Assembly (NCBI GenBank): GCA_013239625.1
Contig: MU054187.1
Location: 10,127,231 to 10,191,230, forward strand
Origin: Lama guanicoe
Taxonomy: Eukaryota
Length of the DNA stretch: 64,000 bases
Reading direction: 5' to 3'
The notes beneath the pieces were generated by a model. The model saw only the letters and a program-made list of their open reading frames with translations. It was not told the origin of the DNA and did not search any database. This document shows positions 13,560-26,472 of this stretch, in pieces. The first letter of the stretch is position 1. The number at the start of each line of letters is the position of its first letter. Position numbers and translations under genes: made by a program.

Positions 13560-14086
13560 TTTTTTTTATTGAAGTGTAGATTATTTACAATGTTAGTTTC
13601 AAGTGTATAGCAAAGTGATTCAGTTATATATACTCGTATGTTTTTTCTTTTCAGATTCTTCTCCATTATATGTTATTACAAGAAATTGAATATAGTTTCC
13701 TGTGCTATACAGTAGATCCTTGTTGTTTATCTATTTTATTTATATAGTACTGTGTGTCTCTTAATCCCAAACCCCTAAATTATCCCTCACTGCCCTTTCG
13801 CTTCGGTAACCATAGTTTGTTTTCAATGTCCGAGTCTGTTTTTGGTTTGTAAATAGAATTTGTATAATTTGTTTTTAGATTCCACATACAAGTGATATCA
13901 TATCATGTTTGTCTTTCTCTGACTTACTTTACTAAATATGATAATCTCTAGGTCCATTGATGTTGCTGCAAATGGCATTATTTTGTTCTTTTTTATGGCT
14001 GAGTAATATTCCATTGTATATATACATACACTACATCTTCTTTATCCAGTCATCTGTTATGAACATTTAGTTTGTTTCCATGTCTT
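13560..14086 (-). mobile_element. L1 3' end (about 530 bp)
   Basis: Same 3' UTR family as 6627-6807 and 30300-30660, continuing into the ORF2 end (atggctgagtaatattccattgta). Confidence 0.9.
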
Positions 14087-14675
14087 CCCTTCTATTTTTC
14101 TAAGATCTTATCCTACCCTGTGTCCCATTCTCACCTTAGTAACCTCACTTCCTCACTTTCATGCCTGGAAGCCCTCTCCCTTCAACTCACATTGAATATA
14201 CTCATTTATTTGCTGATATGTAGTAAGAATATTTCTATTTAAGTTATTTAATTTTACACTATTTTTAGAGTTGCAAACATGTTATTTTCTGGGAATTTAT
14301 CCATTGTTTTTTTTGTATGTCAATATTATAGTAAGAATTTTTACTTGGCATGATATAATTTATAATCTAAAATCTAAAAGATAAATAGCAACATTCAATT
14401 TATAAAAATTTAAAAAACCACACACACACTTTCTACTTTAAATGGTATTTAATTATTCTAAAACGATATCATACGAAAGACAAGTAGAAGTATGATATTT
14501 TAAGAGATTAAAAAATAGATTCACTATATTGAACATAAGACAGTCAAGACAGAAAATGTCTTATTTTTTTAAAGTGATTTTTAAGACCCTTCCAAAGTTT
14601 GCAGTGTATTCTGGGGCAGAAATGATGGTGAGTATTTTTAAAACCCATTCTGGGAAGGTGCTTTCAGATAGTCCC

Positions 14676-15160
14676 TGTATTAGTTTCCTGTTACCATTGC
14701 CACAAACCACCACAAATTTAGTGGCTTAAAACAACACACATTTATACTCTTATACAGTTGTGGAGGTCAGTAGTCTGCAATCGTTTTTACTGGGCTAATG
14801 TCAAGATGTTGGCAGGACTGGTTCCTTCTGGAAGCTCTGAGGGAGGATCTGTGTTGTTACTTTTTTCCCTTCTAATGGTGTCTGTATTCCGTGGCTGGTG
14901 GCCCCTCTCTCCATCTTCAAATTGTATCACTCTGACCTCTCCTTCTCTGACTCTAATCCTCCTTTGTCCCTCTTGTAAAAACCATGTAATTATATTGAGC
15001 CCATCTGGGTGCTTCAGGATATCTTCCCCAGTTCAAAAGCCTTTATTAACCTAGTCACATTTGTAAAGTTTCTTGTACCTTAAAAGGGAACATACACAGG
15101 TTCTGAGGATTAGAATGTAGACTTTTTTGAGGGGGGGAGCACATTATTCTATCTACCACA
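14676..15160 (-). mobile_element. MaLR solo LTR (MLT1D/E-like)
   Basis: TG...CA termini (tgtattagtttcct ... ctaccaca), tggcttaaaacaaca motif, near-perfect 5-bp TSD gtccc/atccc. Confidence 0.85.
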
Positions 15161-15304
15161 ATCCCACTTTCCACTGAAAACACTGTTCTTGTCTCCTTCC
15201 TCAGCTTTACTTGATTTGCTGTTACAGCTAAGATAATGGGGTTCCCTAACATGTCATCCAGGTATCAATCTGTTTTAGAACAGTTTTAGAAAAATAAGTT
15301 CTTA

Positions 15305-15390
15305 GGGGGTGTGTATACCTCAGTGGTAGAGCATGCATGAGGTCCTGGGTTCAATCTCTAGTACCTCCATTAAAAAAAAAAAAGAAAAAA
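15305..15390 (+). mobile_element. Vic-1-like SINE, short type with an internal deletion
   Basis: cagtggtagagcatgcatgaggtcctgggttcaatc...acctccattaaaaaa; lacks about 9 nt of the anticodon arm relative to the other copies. Confidence 0.85.
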
Positions 15391-15599
15391 TTTCTTGGAG
15401 CCAGAAGCTTCTGAATGAATCCTTCTTCTCCACAGAATGGCTCATCTTTGAATATGCCAAGTGGGTTTGCTAGGTCCATCTCTTACAAAAGCAGCAGACC
15501 TTATCTCTGCCCTCTCCACAGCCCCTCATCCTTCCCGTTCAGTGCATCTGCCTTTAGACTGCTAAGTGCTGGTTATTTGCCTCCCTCGGCTGGAAGGTT

Positions 15600-16213
15600 G
15601 CCCTGGTCTCTGAGCCTGTTCTGCCTGTGCTTGGACAGGCTGGAAATGCTGTGGAAATGAAATCCCATCCCTCAGCAGCCCTGACTATTGCGTGGAGCTA
15701 ATGTATACATATCCCAGCTCCCTCATTTCTTGTAATTAGTTTTATTGAGATATAATTCACATAGAATTCCTATTAAAGTATAAAACTCAGTGGATTTTAG
15801 TAAATTCACAAAATTCGAGAACATTTCTATCCCTCTCTCAAAGAAACCCTATACCTGTTAGCAGTTACTCCCAACCCTCCCCTCCCTCTCCCCTGGCAAC
15901 CACTAATCTAATTTCTGTCTCTATGAATTGGCCTTTTTTGGATAATTCATATAAATGGAATCATATAGTAACTGGTCACTTGTTTCTGGATGGGTAACTT
16001 CAAGGCACATGTCCGCTGCTGGCTCTCAGATTTCGCCAGCAGGATGAGGCTGATCGCCCACAGCGGTGATGGGTAATTAATTGGCTGCTTTGCCTTTCTC
16101 ATCTCACTTGCCTGCTTTCCCACCAGTGTTTCCTGGAATCGCTGCTCAAATAAAGGGTTTGTACTCGACTCCCTGCTTTAGGATCTGCTTCTGGGAGAAC
16201 CCAAACTAAAATG
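15600..16213 (+). mobile_element. ERVL LTR (LTR16-like), interrupted by an L1MB fragment
   Basis: LTR16-type 3' end caaataaa...tctgcttctgggagaacccaaactaa; start coordinate approximate. Confidence 0.65.
15733..15987 (-). mobile_element. L1MB-type 3' fragment
   Basis: ttttattgagatataattcacata...ccctggcaaccactaatcta...aaatggaatcata. Confidence 0.8.
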
Positions 16214-16234
16214 CAAGGTGTGTCTAGTTAACTA

Positions 16235-16600
16235 ATCCATTCATCAAATAAACGCTGAATATTGACTCTGTGCTTGGCACATCGCTCAACACTGAGAACG
16301 CAGCACAATCCAGCCCGACATCTTCCCTGCTCTAACGGACGGGTGTGCGCAAGGAATAAAGGCGTTAGGCAAACTCTAAGTGAGATGAATGTTATAAAGG
16401 AGTGGGTGAGGGAAGGCCTTCCTAAGAATGAGATCTGAGGAATGGGCAGGAGTCAGCCGGGGGAGAGGGTGGAAAAGCGTTCCAGGCAAGAGACCCAGAC
16501 CAAGATAAAGGAGAGCGCGGTGATTTGGGGAGTGGAGAGAAATCCGTAGGGCTCTTGCAGAGAGTTGGAGGAGGACAGTAGTGCTAGGAACTCGCATCTC
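16235..16600 (-). mobile_element. LINE-2 3' fragment abutting the CpG island
   Basis: cattcatcaaataaac...tgtgcttggcac...gggaaggccttcc...gcgttccaggca, L2-like in reverse. Confidence 0.5.
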
Positions 16601-16619
16601 CCTTCAAGGAAGGATTTGG

Positions 16620-16960
16620 TGTCCAGCTGTGGCGCATGCAGTGATCAGGGAACAGGCTACAGCTGTCGGCTCCTCAGTACGCCTCGCCTCGCCTCTCCTG
16701 CGCAGACTCGCCCAAGGTCACGCCCTTCCCGGGGCCGCCTGCCGTCGGCTGGTGGCTGGTGAGACGGGGAGACCCAGGCACAGCCAGCGGCCCGGGCTGC
16801 GGAGAACCTCCCGGGCAACGCTCACCCCAGAGCTCCCGGCTTCGCTGGGTCTGCATCGCCCTTCAGCTGCTTCCCCGCGCTAACCCGGCGTCTGCCCGCC
16901 TCCTTTCACAGGTGCGGATCCTTGCTCTTCACCTCGCTTCTTAAACTCGGTGCCAGAGCC
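16620..16960. promoter_or_regulatory. Small orphan CpG island / candidate promoter or enhancer
   Basis: About 29 CpGs counted by hand in 16621-16950, against a CpG-depleted background. Motifs: CCAAGGTCA (NR5A/ERR-type) 16712-16720, CACGCCC (KLF/SP) 16719-16725, GGCAAC RFX half-site 16814-16819. Confidence 0.7.
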
Positions 16961-18129
16961 AGCTCCAGGAGGACCCAGCCTCCCCCAGCAAGGAAGGAGG
17001 AAGGTTTTTCTGGTCATGTGTGATAATTCTACGAGGCTTCTCCTCAGACACGGGTGAGGTCAGAGTCCCTGAGGCCTAACAGCGATGGACCCTACGTCCG
17101 GCGAGCAGGAACAACTTTGGTGTCTTCATGGAAGGATCTGAAGGTAAGTTTGCGTTTGGGAGATTCGGGAAGTCTGAGAACAACTCAGTGGGGAGTGAGG
17201 ATTGGTGGTGAGCATCAGCGTTTTTGGGGTTCATTTAAATTGCATTTTACTCTTTGTACGTAGTTTTCTACATTTGTCTCAAATGATAACATTTGTATAT
17301 ACTTATATAAACTAACCATAGGTCTGCTTGGGTTTATATATTTTTTCATCCCTGGATCCCCGAGGAATGTGAGCAAAAATGAACATCATGGAAATATGTT
17401 TTCCATAGAGGATAATATTAGATTACATATGCTGGCATTTTACATTTTATGTTCTGTCTGGGTAGCAGACTTTTAAAATAATAATTAGATACTACTCCAG
17501 TGGGTACTTTGCAAAGCACTAAAATATTAAATAACTTGTATGTTTAACTTATTAGCTGGAACACTGGTATCTACATTCCTCTGCCTTTTCTTTCGGGTGT
17601 ATCACTATGGTCTAGTCTGCCCTCAAAGTGCAGATACAGGAGCGCTTTCCCACCCTAAGGGTCTTAGGATGCTGCAGAGGTGGGTCTTCATTGCAGATAT
17701 CCTGGAGCCCGTGGGCAGTCCCTACAGGCCTGGAGCTTAGTTGCTATAAAGCCAGTGGCGTGGCTGCCTCTTGAAGCCCACTGAGATGCTGGAGTTGTTC
17801 CCCAGCTGGCACGGCTCGGAGCATTCTCTTGCAGCCCCTTACATTCAATGCCTTCCGCAGTTTCCTAACGCCAGCACTTCTAGGGGACTCATCTCAAGAG
17901 GTCAACAGGGATCTCTGACCTCAAGCCCGCTTTTCCTGATCCTCCCTCTAGTCATTCCCCTCAGACATGAAAAGCATCCAGCACCCTTCCTGCCCTTGAG
18001 AGTGGGGGATGGGGTACTAACTTCAGGGCTTTACAGGCAATTTCAGAGAAAAGAAAGGGAAATACACTTTAAATTCCCTGCCATAGAGCCGAATGTTTTG
18101 AATATGTGAAAATGAAAGCAATTTGACTT

Positions 18130-18345
18130 ACTCGAAGTTCTAGAGCAAACAACTAATGTGTGGTGATAAAAATCAGAACAACGGTTTCTTCTGGTGGTGA
18201 GGGGAGGTTGACTGGAAAGGGGCTTGAGGATCTCTTCTGGAGTGAAGGAAATGTTTTGTATCTTGATGGGGTGGGGGTACACGTTTGTCAAAACTTACTG
18301 AAATGTGTATTAGAGATCTATATGTTTTATGTACATTTAAAAAGA
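18130..18345 (+). mobile_element. Old L1M (L1MC/MD/ME-type) 3' UTR fragment
   Basis: ttgactggaaaggggc...ttctggagtgaaggaaatgttttgtatcttgat...gtcaaaact. Confidence 0.65.
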
Positions 18346-18880
18346 AAACAGGATGACAGTTCAAAAATGAAAAAAAAAATGACTGTAAAAGTAAATCAGG
18401 AAGGATTTAGATTTCAGAATCGTTTTGTTTTAATTGTCTGACTCAACTAGGGACGGTTGTGGGAAAGGACCCACTGTCAGCATGTGGCTGTAGTAAGAGA
18501 TATAAAAATTTTTTTAATCTATAGTTAATTATTTCTTAATAGAAATCTAGAACCTTGCGTGAAACATAAGGCTCTTGGAACAAAAGATTGTTTTCACGTT
18601 TCATTGTGGGATTTGGTACACATTTCTTTAGCTTTTGTCTTCAGCTGACACTCAAGATTTCTGCCTACAGGGTGCACGGGTGACTCTATTCTGTTTGACT
18701 GTGTTAAGTGACCACCAATTAGTGTATGCCCTTGACAGGCAAGGGGAGGTCACTCAGACACCAATCACCACGTGACCTCAGTGGTGAGATGGGTAGAGTG
18801 GTAATTTCTAAAATTATTATGGATTAGATGACGTAGCCCTGTGGAGGATGCTGACTGATGGCCAGATCAGAACACTTATG

Positions 18881-19121
18881 TATGGATGCCAGAAAAACTC
18901 GGGACACAGGATGAAATAAATGTTCAATTTGAATCAGATAAGCAACAAATAATTTTTTAGTATAAGTAGGGATGGAGATAGTTATATATCACTTGCATAA
19001 GTGGGATATATACATGGGACATACCTGCAAGGACATGATTATACTAAAAATTTACTTTTTTATCTGAAATTCAAATTTAACTGGTGTCCTGTATTTTTAT
19101 TTGCTAAATCTGGCAACTCTA
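18881..19121. mobile_element. MER53-like palindromic non-autonomous DNA transposon
   Basis: Termini tatggatgccaga ... tctggcaactcta; internal inverted arms (tttgaatcagataa...ttttagtataa / ttatactaaaaa...ttatctgaaattcaaa). Confidence 0.8.
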
Positions 19122-19204
19122 TGCTTGGGGTATGCTGAAAGGGCAGAATTTTTTTGTTTGTTGTTTTTTTACTTGGCAAAAATCAGAGGCACAGATTATC
19201 TGAG

Positions 19205-19380
19205 CCTGTGGTTCTCAAAATTTAGCTTGCATCAAAATCACCTGCAGTCCTTATTAAGCCAGACAATTGAGCCCAAATTTCTGATACAGCAAGTCTGGGG
19301 TGAGGCCCTGAAAATGTTCATTTTTAACACTCCCAAGCGTTGCTGGTGTTGATTTCAGGCATCACATCTGAGAACTAATG
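19205..19380. mobile_element. MER5A-like hAT-Charlie element
   Basis: gtggttctcaaa...gcatcaaaatcacctg...gtctggggtgaggccctga...atttttaaca...tgagaactaatg. Confidence 0.8.
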
Positions 19381-21486
19381 ATTGAAGGCAATGTGTTACA
19401 GCTGTACGTGCCAGGACTGCTAGAAACACTTTGTTAATGCATCCTGTCCATTGCCATTCTGCCCAGCACACTAAACTCTGCATCATTAATGAGGGACAAC
19501 AATCAAACATATCGTGTATTGTCATGTAGTAGCAATAAGCCTTTTATTTTATATGGTTGCCTATGTTTCCAGACTTGATGGCCACTCTGTAGGTAAGTTA
19601 TTTGCCTCTGTAGTGAATGGATTGCCTTTTAATGAGTGTGATGTTAAAATTCCGTATTAAAATTAGAATAAATTAAAATTTTGATAAACCCATAGAACAG
19701 TAATACCTGAGAGACTTGGTTAAATTATATGCCAAATAAATATTTAACAAGGTTAGACACCAGAAATTATTTAGATTTTATTAAATACCATCACAGTTTC
19801 CCTAGTGAAGTAGATACACATAGCCTCTGCACAACCGCAGGATTTTTGGAGGACCCAGAATGGAATTTCCACATCATGACTTTTTTCTTGGAGGAAAATA
19901 AGAGGGATTTGCTTGTGTGTTTTGTGGAGCCTGAACATATTGAAATGTTTTAACGTAACCTTAAAGCTGACATTTTACATTTCTGCCATCAGGATGATTG
20001 GGGCTTATTTCTGTTTCTTTTTGCTTTTCTGTTTATTGACCTATTAAAATTGATGTGGATTTCCTCTTTTGAGGGAGAGAAATACATAGGGGAAAAAAGT
20101 GGAAGAAGGATACCAGTATATTTTGCTAGGTGTCCAAGTCCTTTGGCCACTTTTTGGAAATTGTTGATCTACCACAAATGCACATAAAATGTAGAAATAA
20201 ATATATAAATATAAAAATATTAGAGATATGCACTGAAGTGTATATGAGTGAAATATATCTAAGATCTGCTTCAAAATACTGCAGTAAGAAATTCAGAGGA
20301 GGAACAGTGAAATGTTTGGCAAAGTAAAATGGTGATAATTGCTGAGACTGGGTGATGGGAGTGTGAAGTTTATCATATTATACCACCTTTGTGTGTTTAG
20401 AAATTTCTATAAGTTAAAAAAACTCAATGCCTTGTCTTATAGTCTCAGCTTTGCCATTAATTAGTCAAGAAACCAGACTCAAATCTTAAAAATACAGTGT
20501 CTCACTTTTTACAAATGACCATCTTGCAAATAATCAGCAAGTAATTACTGAGCTAGGCTTAACTGTGCAGGTAGCATTCTGAGGTTACTCTCTAAATTCC
20601 CAAGGATGTTGTCAGTTTACCAGAATGAACAATTTACGTTATTAAACTAAAACCCCTTTTTAAGTATTATCACAGAATTCATTGTTGAACTTCTTAGAGT
20701 ACAAATGCTTGCTTGGAGCACTTGGTAAATAAAAGTTCCCGAAGACTTTTTTTTCATGTTTAAAAATAGTTATTTGGGTTAGGTGTCTGCTGAGAGAGCA
20801 GTTACTCAGACTCCCACGTGAGACTAGGACAGGGTAAAAAAGTAGCATGTTACAAATCTTGGCTCCTTTTGTGTTTCGGAGGTAAAAGCAAAACGGCCTT
20901 TAAGGTTTTAATCATACCATCTGTATCTACTACATGGTAATAATATAATTTAACTCCCCCAAAGGCAGGTAAAGACAGAAGGACACACGTAAAGGTTAAG
21001 AATATGCAAGCTTGTGTGTCTCTTGCTGTGTATGCTCGAGCATGAATGATGTGGAAAATCTGGAACACAGTCCAGGCATGGCTGTGTGGCACACTGCCAG
21101 CCCAGGGGAAAGGATGTTCCTCTTTTTGTGGACCAGAAGCCGTGGCATGGTTCAGGACCAGAAATGGCTTGTGGCCGGAAGGTCTTGGGGGCGGGAGTGT
21201 GTGACCACGTGCCTGGCCATCAGTGGAGGGGTTTGCTGTATGTGTTTCAGTGACACTGAAGAGCAGGAACCATGAGACATTGTAAATCAGGAGGAGGGGT
21301 CGCTTTGCAGCCAGTGGAGCAGGGTAGACACAGGTGCCATGTGATAAACGTCCTTACCCTCCTGAATCTCTAGAAATTCCTTCTTGTGGTTATTAAGCAA
21401 CTATTCCCTGACAGAAGGTGCATTCTGTGCAAAGAGGACTAAAATCCTTTCATCATGTGGTGTGTTTGAGTTAACCGTATCCCTTC

Positions 21487-21882
21487 TGTTCTGCACCGAA
21501 TGTGGGTGTGTCCCCGCCACCTGCAAATTCATATGTTGAAGCCCTAACCCCCAGTGTAGATGTATTTGGAGATGGGGCCTCTGAGGAAGCAATTTAGGTT
21601 AAATAAAGTCATAAAGGTAGAGCCCTGATCCAGTAGGATTTGTGTCTTTATGAGAAGTGACCTCAGAGAGTTCGCTCCGTCTGTCTCCCTTGCTCCATGC
21701 CGTGCACCAAAGAAAGGCAAGGTAGCTGCCTGCAAGCCAGGAGGAGAGGCCTGACCAGAAACTGAATCAGCTGGAACCTTGGTCTTGGACTCTTAGCCTC
21801 CAGATCTGTGAGAAAAACGTGTTTGTTATTTAAGCCACCCAGTCTCCGGCATTTTATTATGGTTGCTGGGACTGACTGATAA
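21487..21882 (+). mobile_element. MaLR solo LTR (MLT1A-like)
   Basis: caaattcatatgttgaagccctaacccccagtgt...tgtgagaaaaa...tttaagccacccagtct. Confidence 0.85.
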
Positions 21883-24800
21883 CCCCCCAAAAGGCAGTTA
21901 GATGAGAGTGCTTCCTTGTGGGGCCCACCAGAGGGGTCGGAGTGGAGAGACCTATCTGGAAAGGCAGGTCAGAGTTGGGTGCTTCCGCTGGGGATGGGAT
22001 GGTGGTAGTGGGATTTCCTGAGCAGTCGGAGGCATTAGAGGATGCTGGCTAGTCTAGCTGCCAGGAGAGATGGCACTGGTGATCAATTTATGCCTTCCTT
22101 ATGATTTCCCTCCTGAATCACCTTGGCAGGAGGCCGTAGCAATCAGAGTCATTGCTCAGTAAACCTTTGGGTAAAGCATGAGTTCCTTTGGGACGTGGAT
22201 TTGCGATGGCACGTTGCTTATTTGTCATACAGGCAGAATGGTAAATGTATCCGGTAACTATTTCAGTCTTGTTAGTGTAAGCTTTCGAGAATAAAATCTT
22301 TATTACTCTGGAGTACTGAGTAGAGATATTTTCTCCCATCAAAGCCTATATTTAAATGATTTCTTCTTCCTTTTAGATGAGATATGTATTGAAATATTTT
22401 TCTTCTAAGTTGACTTACTTTGTCAACAGTGTGCTATAGAAAAAAATTTCCTGTAGTTAAACAAGGTGTCCAGTAGCTTGATTGTGATAAAACTGGATGA
22501 AGATGGACCCTTAATGATCATGTACCCATCTTCAGTGAAGATCTCTGTAAGCTCTGATTAGGTTAATAGCCCCCACCCGCCACCTCCATCCAAGTCCAGT
22601 AAAATCTGCCTGCATCTCCTACCTTATGTTCTTACATTTTAGTAAAATTTAGAAAAGGTTGCTCAGTATGAATGTGAGGGTCAGGCCCTTTGCTGACATT
22701 TTTCATATGTTACCTACTTTAATCCTCACCGTAGACCCGCAGGACAGGCCTTGGCATCCCTATTTTACAGATAAAAACTAAAGGAGGACTTCTCTGGAGA
22801 TTTAAAGACCTAGGCTTGCTGATCACAATCTTCTTTCTCTTGTAAATATAAAGCCAAACATAGTTCTTGTCTCATGTATCCTCTCTTGACGAGAGAAATT
22901 ACATTTGGAATTTTGAAAATTCCATGGTCTACTCATGTATTTTCATTAATATTTTGGAAACAAAACCTTATTTTGAAGTAAAAGCCACTGATTAAAATCT
23001 ATGAGTAACATTATGCAGCAAATAATGCTTGGGCTCTAGAAAATCAGAGTAAATATGGAAAACTGAGCCATTATTCTCATATGCAACCCAAAAAGAGTTT
23101 TAATGAAACATTTTGTGTGGCACCAGAAATTGGCGCTGGCTGACTGATTAAACAGGAAAGGAGTTTATTATGTAAATATTTGTGGGAGAACCAGCCCAAA
23201 GCGAAATCTGGGGACGATGTCCAACTGCAGGCAGTTGAGCAGACCTGCTGAGTTTAACCACAGCCTCCACCACATCAGCACTGCTGCTGCCCCCGCCCCG
23301 CCACTGCTGTTTCTGCAGCATGAATTTGGCTGCCATTTTTGCCACCCCATGGATTCTGTGTGGCGCCTCCTTTCTCAAGTTGCTCTCTTCTTTTTCTTTA
23401 AAAAAAAAAAATTCCTACACTGATTAAAAAAAAAATCTCTTTATGATTATATGAGATCTACCCTCTTAACAAATTAAGTATACATTCCAGCATTGCTAAC
23501 TCTAGGCACAATGCTGTAAACAGATCCCTGGAGCTTCTATAACTGAAACTTATTACTGTTGAATAGCAGCTCTCACTTCTGAACCTATTCTCATTAGGGG
23601 AGCCTGAGTCATGCTTGTATGCTGCAAACGATATTACTGCTGGGTTCCATCTTGGGAAGACAGGATTCTTAAGACTTCATATTCCCTAGGCAAGGCAGGG
23701 CATTCTAAGGTGTGAGCCACACAAATTATAATAAATATCCAGTGAGACTTTAATGTTTACAAAATTAGGATCCAAATGGTTTATTCTCAAATAATGATAT
23801 AGTCAAAAGAATATGGCCCACTAATTTCAAAGTCTTTGTTGAATACCACAAAAGCCATATATAATCTTCGACGATAATTCTTTAAGTTCCTTCTTTACTC
23901 CTGTCCATCATCCTACAAACTGCAGCTGCCCGAGCCTCCTGGCCTTAAAATCCCTAGGAAATTCCCATTCCTGTCTAAGGAGCCCCCTGCTCCCCTTCTG
24001 CCTTCTCACCTTTCCTCCCAGTTCCCCATTACAAAAGCTCAAGACCTCAGGAACAGGTCTACTAAGAAAGGACCGACCTTGGAGGGAGGCAGAGGAAAGA
24101 GATTAAGACAGGCAAAAGTAGAGTTCTCTGTAGCCCTTAAAAGAAGGGGAATGGTAGGGGAAGAGGGTGGTGCACTAAAAATTTGTATCCAGTCATAAGG
24201 GAACACTTACTAGTGATACTTACACACTTGGATTAATGTACTGGTCTTAATAAAATATGCAGATTGCTGTAAGATCTGTGGTTGAAATGTTGATTGTGAT
24301 TCAAAGTCTTCTTTATAAAAGCAGCTTAGCTAAAGATGATAAATAAAAAGGAACAGACTCCCAAGTATTTTAAAGGAAATAGAAAGGCTAGTGTTCCCAT
24401 TTATGAGTCTAAAAATTAGATTTCAAGCTCCCAGTACAGAATTACTTCTTTAGTAGTAACTCACAGTTACAATTATCATAAATAATTGATTCTCGGACAC
24501 CCCTAGGGAGCTCAGGACTACCTCTTCAGGATCCTCATGTATCTCCCATGATCGTTGGTGACAGGTGCAGAGACACTTCAAATATTCATTCTTTTGTGAG
24601 ATTCTGTTGACCCTGTCCCAGAGCCTTTAGAATGTCTATTCATGTTTGGTGCTCTACCAAATGAAAACCTTAGACAATATTCCTGACCAATATTGCTTGA
24701 GATAGACAGCTGGATCTTAATACATTCAGTAACAGTTTCTGCTGAGCAGATATCAGATAGCCTCCCTTAGAATATTGAATACAGCTTTTAATTACTGAAG

Positions 24801-25906
24801 AATTCTACCTGGGATGGCAGGGACCTGCGCTTCTTGCCAGAAGTACAGCTATAATAGAAATTCAATAACTGAACCTAATACCAGTCACTCGGTGGTTGTG
24901 AATTATTTCCTCCAGAGCATGTACCCGGAACTGCTGGGTCACTTTCGTGGTAGGGTTGGGTATTCCTGCTACTTTTTAAACTTCTTCCCAAACGGAAGCA
25001 TTTACTCTTAAGTCAGTTTAAAACTTAGAACACATTATTTCAGTGTTTTGTGGGAAGCTATCCTCTTAGTTGAACTCATAACTAAATTATAAGGTGGATA
25101 GCATTCCAGAGTCTATAATGTCTTGAGTTATTTGATGTGCTTCTCTCCCCAAGCCTGGGCTGGTGAAATAAGGCAGATGCACTGGGGCAGAAACTCCCAC
25201 AGGAGAAAGAGGAAGTGGTCCTAGAAGTCCTAACTGCAGAAACACAGCGTGGGGATCGGCAGCACATTGGAAATGAAGAATTAAGCGTCTGCTTTAGAAG
25301 AACTTCAAGTTGTCTTTATTTTCATGTGCATTGTTCAGGTGTCTTAGCAGTTCTTAGTGCCATTTGCTTTGTGAAGTATATTAGGTATTCAGTGTGGCTG
25401 TTTCCAGGTTTATTATGCAATATTCTGATTCTGATTCATAAAAATATTCCATTAAATGCAATCGCTCATGTAATTACTTTGCTTAATCTACAGCATACTT
25501 TAATTAACTTTGCATAGAATTCTGATTTAATCAATTAGACTTGATCTAGTATAACTTAGCTGTAAATACTTTCCATGACGCCGCAGCCCCAAATCATTAT
25601 CGGGAGCTAAGGTAATATATGACCCTACCTAAAACAAACAAATTTCCTAAGTTAAGAAAAGCAAATCATAATTTAAACTATAATGTTTGTATTTTAAAAA
25701 GTAAACTATAATGAGCAGATCATTCTGTTTTCATTAGTGGTCTATTAAAAACAATCTCGTTGGGAGTGCCAGAACTTAAAAAGTAGGTTTTATTTGCATC
25801 TATTCCGAAAGCCTTGAGAACAAAAGAGTAAACTCAAGCAAGAGTCACCACGTTTTGACTTAGTAAACAGACTCATTAACAGCAATGTCTCATGATACTT
25901 GTTCAC

Positions 25907-26366
25907 TGTTCTGGGTTGAGTTTTGTCTTCCCACAAAAAGATACATTGAAGTTCCAACTCCCTCAGGACCTCAGGATGTGACTTTATTTGGAAATAGGGT
26001 CATTGCAGATGTAATTATTTAAGCTGAGATCTTACAGGAGTAGGGTGGGCTCCCAATCTGATATGGCTGGTGGCCTTAGAAGAAGACCGCTGTGTGATGA
26101 CACAGACACACACAGGGCTATGAGAGAGGAAGGCTGAGTTTGAAGTTAAGCAGCTGCAAGCCAAGGAGCACTACAGATTGCTGGCAACCAACCAGCAACT
26201 AGGAAGAGGCAAGGAAGGATTCTCCTGCAGGTTTCAGAGGGAGCACTGCCATGCTGACACCTTGATTTTGGACTTCTAGCATCTTAGAACTGTGGGAAAA
26301 CAAATTGCTGTTTTAAGCAACCCAATTTGTGATGCTTTGTTACGGCAGACCTTGGAAACAAAAACA
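25907..26366 (+). mobile_element. MaLR solo LTR (MLT1C-like)
   Basis: tgtgactttatttggaaatagggtcattgcagatgtaatt...gaggcaaggaaggattctcc...agaactgtg; TG...CA ends. Confidence 0.85.
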
Positions 26367-26472
26367 CTCCCTAAAACTAAGCTGAGAGCTACAACTCAGC
26401 ATAACCAGAATCTGTAAAATTACTATTAATAAAAGTGGGGGATGGGGGATTATATCTTGTTAAACTATTTTT

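Noticed and set aside
16565..16944. Several Arg/Pro/Ser-rich ORFs in the CpG island
   Set aside because: Stop-codon scarcity in GC-rich DNA; no homology recognised.
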